Shown: positions 40,358-55,899, counted from the stretch's first letter. The stretch is DNA of 64,000 nucleotides from Balamuthia mandrillaris (GCA_031835245.2 JAVKOQ020000023.1:62001-126000), one strand, 5' to 3'. Numbers and translations: made by a program. The notes: generated by a model not told the origin, from the letters alone.

Positions 40358-42282
40358 TCATTGCCGAGAAGAAGAAGAAGAAGAAGAAGAAGAAGAAGAA
40401 GAAGAAGAAGAAGAAGAAGAAGAAGAAGAAGAAGAAGAAGAAGAATCATGATAAGCCTGACGGTGTGTGCGGCGCGGGCCTGCCGTCCAAACCCCACCAA
40501 AGCTCGGCATCCAGTCCTTGTTGTTGCCTTGGGCAGCCTTCATTCTCTTTTTCTGTCTCAGGTAATCAGCTCCCACACGATCGGGGTTCTTCTTTGCCTC
40601 CTCTCGTTGTCTCTTCAGTTTTGCTCTGGCCTCCTCCAATGCTTCCTTCAACACATCCTTCTCTTCGTTTTGGTCAACAATAGTGGTTGCTGATGTTGTT
40701 GATGAAGGCATTAGCCAAGGCGGAGTGCCACCTGTGTGGACGTTGCCTTCGCCTGGTGCTAATGGTGGCACTGTTATCGTAGTTAAACCTATTATTTACG
40801 GTGATGTTAGAATCTCTGCATTACAACAGAAAAAAAACAAACAGAGGATAAGTTACTTTCAGCAGCAGCAAAGGCTGTTTGCTTCCGCTCCAAACCGGTT
40901 CCCTCCGCAGCAGCAGACTTTGAAAACCGAGCCAGGCCTTCATCTTGAATGAGGTCAATGGGCCAAGCCATCCACCCACTTCGCGATGAGTCGTTGTTAT
41001 TGTACTTGACAATGCCGCCGCCCCATACACGACGACCGTTGTGCCATCCAGTTGGATTCTGAAGCACACCGCTTGGTCCTTTGATGGTTTCTGCAGTTAA
41101 CTTTCTTGTTGCTTTTTTAAAAAAAGAAGAATGAAAAAAGATATGTGAGTATAAAGATAGCACACCAAGAGATAAAGAAGAACGGAAGAAGACCATTGGA
41201 AGCAGCGGTTACGGAGGATGACGGCCCAGCAGGAGAGGAAGCGGAGGAGGTAGTAACCCTCCTCAAAGTATTCATGGAGGAAGTCTGAGCTAATGAAGGA
41301 GAAACAATAGAGGATGATTGGGAGAGGGGAAAACTATGTTCAAGGGAAGGGTTTGGATGGATACAATGCTCAATGGCGGCTTGTTTTCTCTTTTCTGTTT
41401 CTTGCTTCTGCTCCTGGGCGCGTTTCAACAGACTCTCTGCCTCTGCTTTGTACTTTTATCAAAAAGGTCGGGTTGCTGATTTCAGACTCTGAAAGAACAA
41501 ATAACGAGGAGAGAGGGAAGAGAACAGACACAAAGCGAGAAGAGGAGAACTACAGAAGAAGAAAGAAGACAGGAGAAAGCAGCGCAGAGAGAGCACATGA
41601 TGTAGAAAGAGGCGAAGAGAGAGAGAGAGAGAGAGAGAGTGAAGTGATGCCATACCCGTTTCCATTCTTGAGAAGATAAGAGGTGCAAAGCCTTTTCTTT
41701 TCTCGGCGCATTGGTCTTTTCCCAAAAGTCTTCCACCGCTCTTCTATGGGCTTTGCTTGCCAAATGCCGAAAAGTGTTATAACTTTTTGTTGTTAAAGGA
41801 TGGGAACGTTAGAAACAACTTAACAACAGAAATCTCTTCTCTTCACATCACTTCGATTCTTCTTTGCTTTGTTCTCATCTCTTCCTGTTTTTTTACCTGT
41901 AAAAATCATTGTCGGCGTTGATAACTTCCGTCTCGCAGAACCAGCACCAATAGTTCTTGTCCCGCGACGTGTCCTTGTGCAGGAGCACTCCAGCAGGAGG
42001 AGGCTCCGGCGTTGGCACCGGCCGAGCGAGGTGGTGCTCCCTGCGGTGCCGGACCTTGGCGCCCGCTTTGCCCAGCACGTAGGCCACCTTGGTCTGGTGT
42101 CGTTTCGTGTAGCCGTGCTTCCGGCGGCCTTGGTTGTGATTGATCCTGCACGCGGGGCAGAACTCGAAGCTCCAACTTTGTTGTCCTTGTTGTTGTTGTT
42201 GTTCTCGTTGCTTGGCCACTGCTTCTGGGAGGTACTGCGGCTTGCCTCTTGCCACATCATTGCGCCTTCCTCTTCTCTCCAT
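40358..42282 (-). CDS. CCDC84: CENATAC/CCDC84 (TITAN-LIKE) zinc-finger minor-spliceosome factor
   Basis: FCPACRINHNQG..H.Y...H, WCWFC, HLASKAH..AV..FW, GNVHTGGTPPWL, NPDRVGA and WMPSFGGVW..GPR. A C-terminal poly-Ser comes from (TCT)n. Confidence 0.85.
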
Positions 42283-42457
42283 CTTCCTTTTCTTTCTTTC
42301 ACTGGAAGGACGACAGTTCAACACCAGGTAAAGACACTTATGTTTTGTTAAAATAGGTACTCACGTTCGACACTCGGTATTAGCAATTTCTTTTTAAATT
42401 AATAATTGAAATTTTGACATTAAATTTTTCTTGGAATTTTTTTTTAAAAAAAGAGAA

Positions 42458-43063
42458 ATGGAAGATGAAGGAGGAGGTGCTGCAGCACCCATTTTTTACT
42501 CGGGAGAGGAGGCCTCTGGCGAATACGGCGCGTTCTCCAACAGAGCCGCCTTTGCGTTCGAGCTGGATGGCAAGCGATGGCCCACCGTTGAGCACTTCTT
42601 TCACGCCCAAAAGTTTGCAGGCACGGACCACGAAGAAGCCATCCGAAACGCCAAAAACGCCAACTCTGCTCATCGGTTTTCTTCTCTCTTCTTGTTTTTT
42701 TCTTGCTTCTTCTTCTTCTTCTTCTTCTTCTTTCTTCTTCTTCTTTACAAGTTGAGTTCCAACACAAACAGAATGGGGAGAGACCGTTCTCGGCCGTTGC
42801 GAGGCGATTGGGAGCAAGTCAAAGAGCAGGTGGCAGAGAGAGGCATCCGCGCCAAGTTCCAGCAGCACAGCGAGCTACGACGGCTTTTGTTGAGCACCGG
42901 CGACAGACCCCTTGTGCAACGCACCCGCAATGACGACTATTGGGGTGACTCTGGCAAAGCCAACGATCGTGGTGGGGTGCGGGGACAAAACGTAATGGGA
43001 CACATTCTTATGAAAGTACGAGCGAGCCTCATCGAAGAAGCAGAAGCAGAAGCAGAGAAATAA
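42458..43063 (+). CDS. NADAR (YbiA-like N-glycosidase) family protein
   Basis: YGAFSN, WPTVEHFFHAQKF, LRGDWEQVK, AKFQQH..L..LLLSTG, DDYWG, GQNVMG.ILMKVR. One intron. Confidence 0.93.
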   Translation: MEDEGGGAAAPIFYSGEEASGEYGAFSNRAAFAFELDGKRWPTVEHFFHAQKFAGTDHEEAIRNAKNANSAHRFSSLFLFFSCFFFFFFFFFLLLLYKLSSNTNRMGRDRSRPLRGDWEQVKEQVAERGIRAKFQQHSELRRLLLSTGDRPLVQRTRNDDYWGDSGKANDRGGVRGQNVMGHILMKVRASLIEEAEAEAEK

Positions 43064-43222
43064 CAAAGGTTTGCCGTTGTTGGGTCTTTCTTTCTTTCTT
43101 GCTCCTTCCCTGCGCTGCTGCTGCTATGTAAATGAATCCTCATTCATTTGTTTTGTTGTTTTGTTTCTTTTTCTGTTGCCGTTCTGGTTTTACTTTCTTC
43201 GCAAAGTGTTTTCTCTATATGT

Positions 43223-43272
<50 letters not shown>

Positions 43273-43273
<1 letters not shown>

Positions 43274-43600
43274 TATTTATCTGCTAACAACGAAAAACAA
43301 CAAACACACTTCCAAGGAGGACAAAGAAAGTAAGGGCATACCCTTTCCTGCCGTAAACGCGTGTTCTTGGATTTAAGCTTTTCCATTCGCTTCTTGGACT
43401 TGCCGCCTCCTTTATTGTGAAAGTGGTTACTGTAAGCGTTCATTTCCTTTGGAAACACGTAACACACACATACACAAGAGGAGTTTTTGTAAAAATGGAA
43501 GATCTATACCTCCTGCTGTGAGTTCAACGTTTATCTTCCGGCCAAGCATCTCAGAATGATGTAACTTTAATGCTTTCTGTATGTTTGGTTTGAATGTAAG

Positions 43601-43632
<32 letters not shown>

Positions 43633-43827
43633 GCATGGAGAGCGTAGAGTGGAGAAAGGAGAGGGAGAGAAGCGGTACATTGAGGGAAGCATGGTTCTTG
43701 ACTTCAAGAAAGGCACAACCTCTTGGCTCTCCCGTTTTCTTGTGCGTTAGCATTCTCACCTCCGCTATGTTCTCTGCATGTGGTTTTTTTATTTATTTTT
43801 CTTGTTATTTATTTAAAACTGTTTGTT

Positions 43828-43874
<47 letters not shown>

Positions 43875-44598
43875 TACCTGCACCAAGGCTGAGAAAATGT
43901 TTCGTGATGAGGTTGGGGTTGGCAGAGTATGGCAAGTTTCCTGGTTGGGTTTTTTTAAACGGATGTCAGAAAAACAAACCCGCACGAGCGAGAAGCGTAA
44001 ACGAGAACACACACACGCCACACATACCAAGAAAGGCTATGTAGCGTTTTCCTTCTTCTTTCGGCTGCTCGTTTGGTTCTCCTTCTCCTGCTTCTCCTGC
44101 TTCTCCTTGCTCCTCCTGTTCTTCTGCTTCTCCTTCCTCCTCATTCTCGGACTTCGCTTCTTCTCCTACTTCTTCTTCCTCTTCCTCTTGCTCTTCCACC
44201 TTTCTCTTTTTTTGTGGTCGCTCCTTCTGCTTCTTCTCTTCTTCACTCTTTCCTCCTCGTTGTTGTTGTCGGTCCTGCCCTCCTGCTCCTCCGCGTTTCT
44301 TGAAAGCACCGCCTTTGCTTGCTCCTGCTGTGGTCGGCGAGGACGCGCCGAAAAGGGGCACAAAGTCCTCTTGTTGGGAGATGGGATCTATTCCGCTCTG
44401 TGGCTCCTCTCCTGCCTCCTCCGGCTTTCTTTTCCTGTTTCGCTCCCCATCACTGCGGTTGTTGACCCTACCACCGCGCCCTCTTTCTCTTCCTCCTCTC
44501 CCTCCTCTCCCGCCTCTTCCTCCTCTCCCGCCTCTCCCGCCTCTCCCGCCTCTGCTGCCGCCCCGATGTGAACCGCCTCCGCTGCCTCCTCTTCCCAT
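43273..44598 (-). CDS. NOP6: Nucleolar RRM protein with RGG N-terminus (Nop6-like); 3' end uncertain
   Basis: RGG repeats, RYIAFLGNLPY, TGEPRGCAFLE, KALKLHHSEMLGRKINVELTAGGGGKSKKR.EKLK.KN. Confidence 0.75.
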
Positions 44599-44804
44599 CG
44601 CGTCTTGTGGATCGCTACTCTTTTTTTTTTCTTTCTTTCTTTCTTCTCAGACGATAAAAACAAAATTATCGATTTCTTATCACCATTTGGTAAAAAAATC
44701 GAATGGTTTGCAAATAATTATTGGTCTCATCGAGAAATAGGAATTTTTCGAGAAAGTCTTCGATAATTACAATAAACTACACAAAATTTTCGTTTATTGT
44801 TTCT

Positions 44805-45343
44805 TCATTGAACGGTCGCGTTACGGTCGTTTCCGTTGTTGTTGTGGTTTTGGTTTTGTTGTTGTTGTTGCTGTTGCTGTTCGATGGCCTCCGTGTCCCC
44901 TGACCGAAAGACCCTGTCGTAGCGCTTTCGTCGGTCCCATATCACCTCAGAGTCGGTTCGAAAGTACCATATCCGATGGAATGGAATGTCGCCTCCTTTC
45001 TCTGTCGTGTATTTGAAACGCAGGAACAGTTAACAAAACATATATATGAAAAGAAAAAAAAAAGGAACAGCCAGAGGAAGACGTCTTGTGTTGCTTGTTT
45101 TTAACTGTTTGTGGTGGTTATGGTTTTTTTTTTCTTTTTGTTTGTTGTGGTTACGTGTTTTGGTGGAAACGAACCATTGGGACAGAACTCGTCAAAGTCT
45201 ATTTCCATCATGCCTTCGAAGCGGTCCTCGTAGCCGATGACCACGTCGGCCGTGGGCCACGTGCAGTCCCAACAGAGCCTATCGTAAACGTCCTTTGAGG
45301 AGCGCAGCTTGTTCTTTCCGTCTCCGCCTTCTCCGTCAGACAT
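44805..45343 (-). CDS. Stand-alone MJ1316/DUF504 (RNA repair-associated) domain protein
   Basis: LRSSKDVYDRL.WD...VIGYEDRFEGMME.....DIPFHRIWYF......VIWDRRKRYDRVF.SG. Two exons. Confidence 0.85.
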
Positions 45344-45729
45344 GGTTTTTTAAATGTTTGTGTTCGTATGTTATTGAGAGGAAGAAAAAACAAAAAAAAA
45401 AAAAAAACGGAAAATTTATTAAATATGGATGTTCCAAGCGTTACTGAAAATGGTTTCACAAATTTTCTCAAAGCTATCGGTCCTTCAGCATCCCCGCTTT
45501 TTTCCTCTCTTCTCTTTCTCTTCTCTTTCTTTGCTTGCGGCGTGTTTCCACCTTTCTTCTTTGTTTTTAACTTATCCTAATTAGGATAATATTACCATGG
45601 CAACATGTGTTTCCAACGAGTTTTCGCAGAAATATCTCATAACTGACATCAGCTTTTCTCTTAAAAAGCATTTCGTGACATCAGCATCGGCAACTCCCAA
45701 AAAAAAAAAGGGTGTAAGAGAGAGAAAGA

Positions 45730-47793
45730 ATGGAGGCGAGGGGCATGGTTACCTCGATGGAACAAACCAACCAAAGCAGCAGTCCAAAGACGGAAGAAGA
45801 GCATCTCACCCATTCATCTCGTTCTTCTTCTTGTGCGGGAGAGCAAGCGGCAACCAAGACGGAAGAAGCAAGGAAGAAGAAGGCGGACAGACATCCGCCC
45901 TCTTGTTGCCAGAAGGTGCCAAGAGCCACCCTCCTGGGCAAAAGGATCAGAGTGCCCCTTTTGTTTGCAACCACGACCACAACAGCAAGGGAGGAGGGAG
46001 GCAGCGTGCCCTGCGGTGGCCAGGCGGCAGAGGAGTCGGAGAGCGAAGAGGAGGAGGTGGACTACAACAGCCCAAAGGCAGCCAACACCTTTTTGTCCAT
46101 CTTGAAACGCACCAAGGAGAGGGTCATCGGAGAGAGCCCTCCTTCTTCCTCTCCAGGCGGTGTGGGAACAGCCGCTACTCTCCTCTCTCCTCCTTCGCAC
46201 AACAAACCTCCTCCACAACCTCAAAGAGGGGAGGCGGAGCTGCGTGAGCGGATAAGGGCGCGGAGACAACGAACGGACAGCCTGGAGAGCAGCCTCTTCG
46301 TGCCCAAATGGGACTCTCTGCTCTCTCACTTTGCCACGAACAGCTCCCTTCACCAGAGAGAAGCCATGCAGAGGCGAGAAGGAGAAGCGGCCGCCAATGA
46401 CAACCACAAGAACCGTTGTGGAGAGCAGCGAGCACAACCACAACAACCACATGATGAAGAGGAGGAGGATACAACGTCTCTTCGGCGGCAAAGATTGTTG
46501 AGCAAGTGGTGGCAGGTGGAACGAGGAACCGCTCATAAACCAACACCGCAAGGACAACGTTCGTCCATCGTTGCTGCTTGCCTTCCAACCTCTTCCATTC
46601 TCGCTGGAACTGTAAATAGTGTTGGCAACAAAGTTAACACGGACGCTGAAGCGCAACAACAACGACTCCTCGATCTGAAAGAGGAGGATGTGTTTGTGAT
46701 GTCGGAGGAGGAGGAAGCCACAAACAATAACGTTCCAGAATCGAGCATTACAGCATCCAAAGAAACAGAGGAGGAGGAAGACAATGACGATGATGACGAT
46801 GGCAAGGAAGAGGATGAGGAAGCTGCAGGAACGGAACGAATGATGTTGGCTCCATCCGAATTTTATGCAGCAAGGCCCTATCTTTTTGGCATGGCTGTTC
46901 CCGTTTGCAACGAGCACATTCGCACCCTCAAAGCTTTGGGCGTTGGTTTGCTGGTCAGCGCTACTGCCGATCCGCTGAAAGGTATTTGCCTCCTTTGTTA
47001 TCTTTATAACGCTTATTCGTTTTCATTGCTTAACTTGCAAAGTTTTTTTCTAAAAGGAGGTCTGATGGTCAATCGTCAGCCACGCTTATCCGTACGCGAC
47101 GTGGTGGAATACACGGAAATCGACCAGGATATCTTCAAACGAGGTTGTGGCCCACGGAAGATACGTCGCATCCATATCCCCATTGTGGATGGATCTCCTC
47201 CCTCCACACAAAACATGCTGAATTTTTTGGCGGAAGCCAAGGCGACCATCGATGCCGGTAAAGCTGTTGCCGTGCACTGTTGGCAAGGGAAAGGACGAAC
47301 TGGAACGTTGATTGCAGGTATGATTTTGCCGTGTGGCTTTTTTTGTACTTTTGTTCTTGTTTCTTTCTTTTTGCACAAGTGATTAACAAAACAAACGTAA
47401 CTTACCACTGAAATAGGATATCTAATTTATTACGAGAAGATGGAGCCTCAAACAGCAATAGACTACATACGATCACTCTCTCCGGGGTCCTTATGCTCTC
47501 CTAATCAGGTGGAGTACCTTCTCAGCGACTGCTTTCCCGAACGTAAAGAGGAAGACGATAAATGTGAAGATGAGGACGACGACAAGGGAGCGGAAGACGA
47601 TGCCAATGAAGAGGAAGCAGACAAAAAGAACGAGAAAGAAAATGGAGAAGAGGCTGAAGTAGACCAACGCAGTAGTCTGGACGCACTTTGCGAGATAGAG
47701 GAAAGCGCTTTCGATAGGTTCTGTTCACGAGCGTTTTTCCTTCATCAAAATAGCCCACCAGGAACCGTTTGTCTTTGGGGAAATCGCTTTTGA
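45730..47793 (+). CDS. Dual-specificity protein phosphatase with long disordered N-terminus
   Basis: HIPIVDGSPP and catalytic VAVHCWQGKGRTG (HCx5R), then AIDYIRSLSPGSL...NQ. Confidence 0.88.
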
Positions 47794-47893
47794 GCTCCTT
47801 TTTCTCGTTTCTTTCGGTTAGAAGAAAGAAAACCATCTACAAACATCGATGATAGACACCCTCTCTTCGCATCGAGTCCCTATTCAGATTTAT

Positions 47894-49628
47894 TTATTCT
47901 ACCCACTTCTTCACAAGAGATGCAGTCACTTCGATGCTTGGAAGTTCAAAGGAGGAGATGTAGTCTTGGAAAGGCTGAAATGCATCTCGTCTTTGGAGTT
48001 CCGCAAGGATACTTTGCGGAGTGCGATCCTCCAAGAAGAGCTGGATGAAAGCATTTTGGTATGCCTTTAACTCTTCATCCTCGTAAATCACCTCGTTGAC
48101 CCTTTCTTCCTTTTTCACTTCCCCGTCTTTCTCTTCTTCTGTTTCGTTCTCTTCTGCCGTAAGTTCTTTTCTTTTTTCCTCTGCTTTCCGTTCTTCTCTG
48201 AATCGCTTCACCACATCCAACATTCGACGATAATCAGCTCTTAATCGCTCCGCATCTTTTCCTTCGTCTTTGTCATTGTTGTTGAAAGATTCTTGGATAG
48301 TATTACCGATTCGTTCCAGAATAACGACCTCCACGTTAGGACACATCCTCAATGCCAAAGGTAGAGCCTCTTCAAAGATAACCTCTGGCACTGGGCCTGT
48401 AATTTTTTCAGTTAAAAGTAAGAAACTCGCTCTCTCTCTCTCTCCAGTGTGCGCACTTCTAACTTCCCAATTGAAAAGAAGGAAGATCGTACCATCATGA
48501 GTATCTCTTCGAAAGGCTTTTGGTCTATCGGTGGAAGAATCAGAAGAGGAAAGAGGATAAGACCAAGATCCACCAGAGATGTGAATGGCATGCACTCTAT
48601 CCAAAGGATACAGCCTCAACGCTTCCTCCCAGCTCTTCAACCCAAAGTTCCACAACTGGCAGTACAAATTGTGCAAGTCCAACAACATGATGCCGTTCTT
48701 TTTCGTCTTCTTCGTCTTTGCTGAATGCTCGTCTTCTTCCTTCTCTTCGTTATGTTCATCTTCATATTCTTCTTCATCGATGGCCCGAATGATGTCCAGT
48801 ATCATGGTGCCTTGTGAGAGAACGTCTTGCATGCCCATGGCCAATGCCAGGTTCTCCAAGCCTATGCCCTTCACTCCTTTGCCTGCTGCCTTTGACAGCA
48901 TTCGTAACCTTTCTCTTGCAACTTTTACTCCTCTTTTTTGTTCAAAAGAATGATATAAGAAGATAAAAGAAATGGAAGGAAAGAATGGGAAGACGTGAAG
49001 GGCACAAACCCAGAAGTGTGAGGTTGAGGCAGAGGACAGCCAGACGTTGTGGAAGCGATGGTCATGAAGCCATAGTGTTCTGTAATGTGACGATAACGAA
49101 GTTGTTTGCATTCCTGTTTTAAGGACTCTATCCACTTTTGTTGAAAGAAGAGTCAATAATTTGCGAAAATGAAAAGAATAAGAAAGTAAAGGAAGAAGAA
49201 GAAGAAGAAGAAGAAGAAGAAGAAGAAGAAGAAGAAGAACCAGAAGAACAAGAACAAGAACAAGAAGAAGGAGAACAAGAACAAGAAACCTGAGCTTGTC
49301 GGCTTTGCCATTCGGCAGAAAGCGGAGAGAAGAGGACACCATGGCCAAAGAGCCTGTTCCTTTGGCTGTAGTCCTGCAACACGGCTTTTACCCATGGGTC
49401 AAAGTTTTTTCCCATAGCCCACCCTATATCCATGCTTTATTGTTTATTGAAAAAAAGATCAGTGTTGTTCTCTTCTTTGCTTTCTTGTCGTTACAGTATT
49501 TTTAAATACCTCCATTCAACTGCTTCAACTTGGCCGGCATCAAACAAAGGAGCAACAGCACGACGAAAGGAGCCGCCGGGCATCAAGGAAAGGCCGACCC
49601 ATGGTTTGCTCGCCTCCGCTTCTTTCAT
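47894..49628 (-). CDS. DUF692 multinuclear non-heme iron-dependent oxidase (MNIO), ChrH-like; 5 exons
   Basis: Spliced protein VGLSLMP..AVAPLF..VEAVEWS.D..RLFGHGV.FS.LSA.W..RQ.W..LK.E..YRHITEHYGFM..G.PLP..IGLENLA..LLDLHNLYCQ..NF..YPLDRVHAIHISGGSW..RRDTHDG.VP..VILER. All four GT-AG introns restore frame. Confidence 0.88.
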
Positions 49629-49807
49629 TCTCGTCTTCTGTTGTTACCAAAATTATTAAAATTTGTTGAAACAATTTTTTATAGAATAAGATAATTGTCG
49701 ATAATCAGTAAAAATGACAGCCTTCGATATTTTTTCGATATTATGAAGCATTCCATGATTTTATCGAAATTGTCTCATTATTAAAAATCAACAGAGATAG
49801 GAGAGAG

Positions 49808-50504
49808 ATGACACGATTTTTGGTGGCTGTGGATGGCTCTGAGAACAGTTTCAGGGCCTTGGAGAGAACGCTCAAGCTGCACAAGCCAGGGGACTCCTTG
49901 CTCGTTGTGCACGTGGTGGAAACGGGTCTTCTGCACAAAGCCAAAGTGGGTAGCCATGCCCTATATCTAAAAAAAAAATTATTGCTTCTCTGTCACTCTC
50001 ACTCTCTCTCTAACGCTCGTTCTTGGTTGAAAAAAAAAAGTACATGACCCATGAAGAGGTGAGCGAGATGATGGACAACACAGCACAGCAGTTGGTCGCT
50101 CGAGCAGAGCAGCTCTGCAAAGATAGCAATGCTGTACCTACTCCAACATTTGTTTTTTCAACCTTATCATTTTTGGATTTGTTTTTGTTTTGTTTTTGAT
50201 GTTTTTAGAGCCGTTGTTTTTCTTTGCTTGTGTTTCAATGTTTTTTCTTATTTTTTTTTTTGTTTTTCTTTTGTTCTTTATTTTTTTTAAAAACAAACAA
50301 ACAACCATAAAGGCGGAAGCCAAGTGCCAGGTGGCCAAAGGCAATGATTGCAGAGAGAAGCTCATTCGTCTCTGCGAGAAGAACGAGATCGATGTCTTGG
50401 TCTTGGGCAGCAGAGGCAGCGGAGCGGTGGCCTCCCTGCTGTTGGGCAGCACCGCCGACCATTGCCTCAACAACGCCCATTGCTCCGTCTTTTTGGTCAA
50501 GTGA
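49808..50504 (+). CDS. Universal stress protein (USP-A-like)
   Basis: FLVAVDGSENS..AL, GNDCREKL, IDVLVLGSRGSG.VASLLLGSTADHC..NAHCSVFLVK. Confidence 0.93.
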
Positions 50505-50557
50505 AGATTATTCTTCGTTTCTTTTTGTTGACAAACAAATATTCGATATTCGATGAA

Positions 50558-50664
50558 TGTCGACAAATAAGATGACAAACAAAGTTGCATTTTTGTCGAC
50601 ATGATAATATAACATTTGAAAAATGTGAAGAATTCGATGCTGTCGACAAATAAAATCTGTCGAC
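50558..50664. promoter_or_regulatory. Cluster of four TGTCGAC(A) palindromes upstream of the AGC kinase
   Basis: Sites at 50558, 50594, 50641 and 50658. The same 8-mer recurs upstream of other genes (14608, 16942, 19542, 56838). Confidence 0.55.
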
Positions 50665-50887
50665 TTGATTAAATGAAAGGAATTTAAGAAATTTGAAGAA
50701 TGTGGAAATATTTTCGTGTAATGCATTACAGCCAAAAAAAAAAAAGTGAGCAACGAAAAAGAAAGTGCGGGGCAGCCCTGTATGTTTCACGTTTTATGAA
50801 CATGGTTGTCCGGAAGTTATAGTATTGTGAAGCATCGTTCCTACTGCACTTTTTCTCTTCACAAGCAAAACTAAAGAAACAAAAAAG

Positions 50888-54077
<3,190 letters not shown>

Positions 54078-54257
54078 AGAAGCAATTGTTATATATTACA
54101 ACACAACAGAAGAGGGAAGAGTAACAATAACAACAACAACAAAGAAAGAGGAAAAAAAAAACGTGTGTTTAATACTCCTCTCAACAGGTAGTTTTGGTTT
54201 TTGTTCTATTTATTTATTTTGTTTAAAAAAAATCTTTTGTTTATCTTTACCTGTACA

Positions 54258-55426
54258 TCATAGAAGAAAAGAAGCAGAATCATTCTCACTTGTAGAAGAA
54301 GAGGGTCGGCTTCGAGCAGCAGCAGCAGCAGCCCACCGAATGGAGTTCCTCAAATGCGGTTTGATGTCATAGGAGGAAAGTTCCGGGTGAGCGCTGAACA
54401 GGACCAGCCGACCGCTCTGCTTGTAGGTTCCGCAGATGATGGCCGCGGCGTCCATCATCGTTCCTTTCTGCATGCCCTCGCAGAGGAACTCGGTCCGAAA
54501 CGTAGCCAAAACGATCGGCTCCGACCATTCCTCTTTCTTTGCTTCCTTGGCAGGTCCAAACAACGGCCCGTTGGCATAATAATATTCCCAGCATTCTTCC
54601 TCTCCTTCCGTCTTCTCTTCTTCCTTCTCTTCTTTTTGTTGGAGCAGCAGCCGAGTGCCGGCTGCGGAGAGAAGGTGTTTGGCGCTGCCCATGCCGCGCT
54701 TCCAATGTTGGACGTCCACGACGGTGGCTGCCGACAGGCCGAATCGCCACTCGCCGCCGCCTTCCTCCTTGGCGCAGGCCAGGTGGGCGCCCGCGCAGGC
54801 TCCCACGTAGCCACCGCCGGCAGCGAGGAAGGCCTTGATCTGTCGCTTTCCCTCTGGTCCTATGGCTTTGGCATGTTGAGAGCCAAGACCTGGTTTTTTT
54901 TTTGTGTAAACGAATGGAACAAAAGTCCTCCTGTTAACCATACATACCACCACCGATCCAAAGAACGTCATAGCCCTCCTTTTGAAGGACTCCATCGGCC
55001 AGTTGCTCGGGGGTGACCTGAGTGACACGAAAGACGTCCTGCACGCGCTCCCTCAGCTTCTGCCATTTGGAGTCCGTCGGGTCGAGTTTCTCCATGAACA
55101 CGGCCATTTTGAGCTCCGGCTGGGAAGGGCCATAGCTTGTGCTCGTGGTTTGAGACTTGTTCAGAATGTTTCTTCTGTTAACAAAGAAGAAGAAGAACAA
55201 GAAGAAGAACAAGAAGAAGAACAAGAACAAGAAGCAAATGTAAGCTCTCTTCTTTGTCAAACGCCATGTAATGAAATCTTGGAAAGTGGAAATATGCTCG
55301 TGTGAACCTTAACGCTTGAAACTCGGAAAGCAGGGAAGAGCCTCCGCTGTCATCGTCCTCCTCTTCATTGGCGTGGACGTCTTGTTGGTTGGTCTCTTCG
55401 TGAGCCGCAAGTCCTTCTTTTTCCAT
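54258..55426 (-). CDS. BPL_N / class I glutamine amidotransferase-like protein
   Basis: YDVLWIGGG, G.RQIKAFLAAGGGYVGACAGA (nucleophile elbow) and LVLFSAHPE (His-Pro-Glu). Confidence 0.82.
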
Positions 55427-55752
55427 TTTGTTTTTCTTTTTTTCTTTCATTGATATTATATCGTGTCGTCCTTAGTATTTGCCTCCGGTTCGAATCTTAA
55501 AGCATACACATTCTTTTTTAATTTTTATTTATGATCTGTTCTTCTCTTTTTTTGTTTTTCTTTTTTTCTTTTATTTTTCAATTCTTTTTGTACTCTTTCC
55601 CTTCAGCTGCTTTGCAAACTTCATGAAAAACAAATGGTGTATACAGCCGAAAACAAAAAAAAAACTTTGTTGTTTACTTACAAAATAACAACAAAATTAT
55701 AGCAGGGATTTTAAAACCCTGCAGCTGAGGGCTGCTGCAGAAGGGAAACCCT

Positions 55753-55860
55753 TTACTTGGTGCGTCCCATGATGGTATCAGCCATTCGGTCGGCAGGAGC
55801 GGCCATAGCATTGGCGATGGTTGCCATGATGCCTTCCTTTGGCAGATGAGGCTAACCAAG

Positions 55861-55899
<39 letters not shown>

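Noticed and set aside
42130..42170. CPAC motif similar to the ChrA precursor CPACGMG
   Set aside because: It is the first zinc finger of CENATAC (FCPACRINH), internal to the protein and without the GMG end.
47894..49628. Bacterial contamination or xylose isomerase/AP endonuclease annotation
   Set aside because: The gene has four spliceosomal introns and eukaryotic neighbours, and its motif order fits DUF692 specifically.
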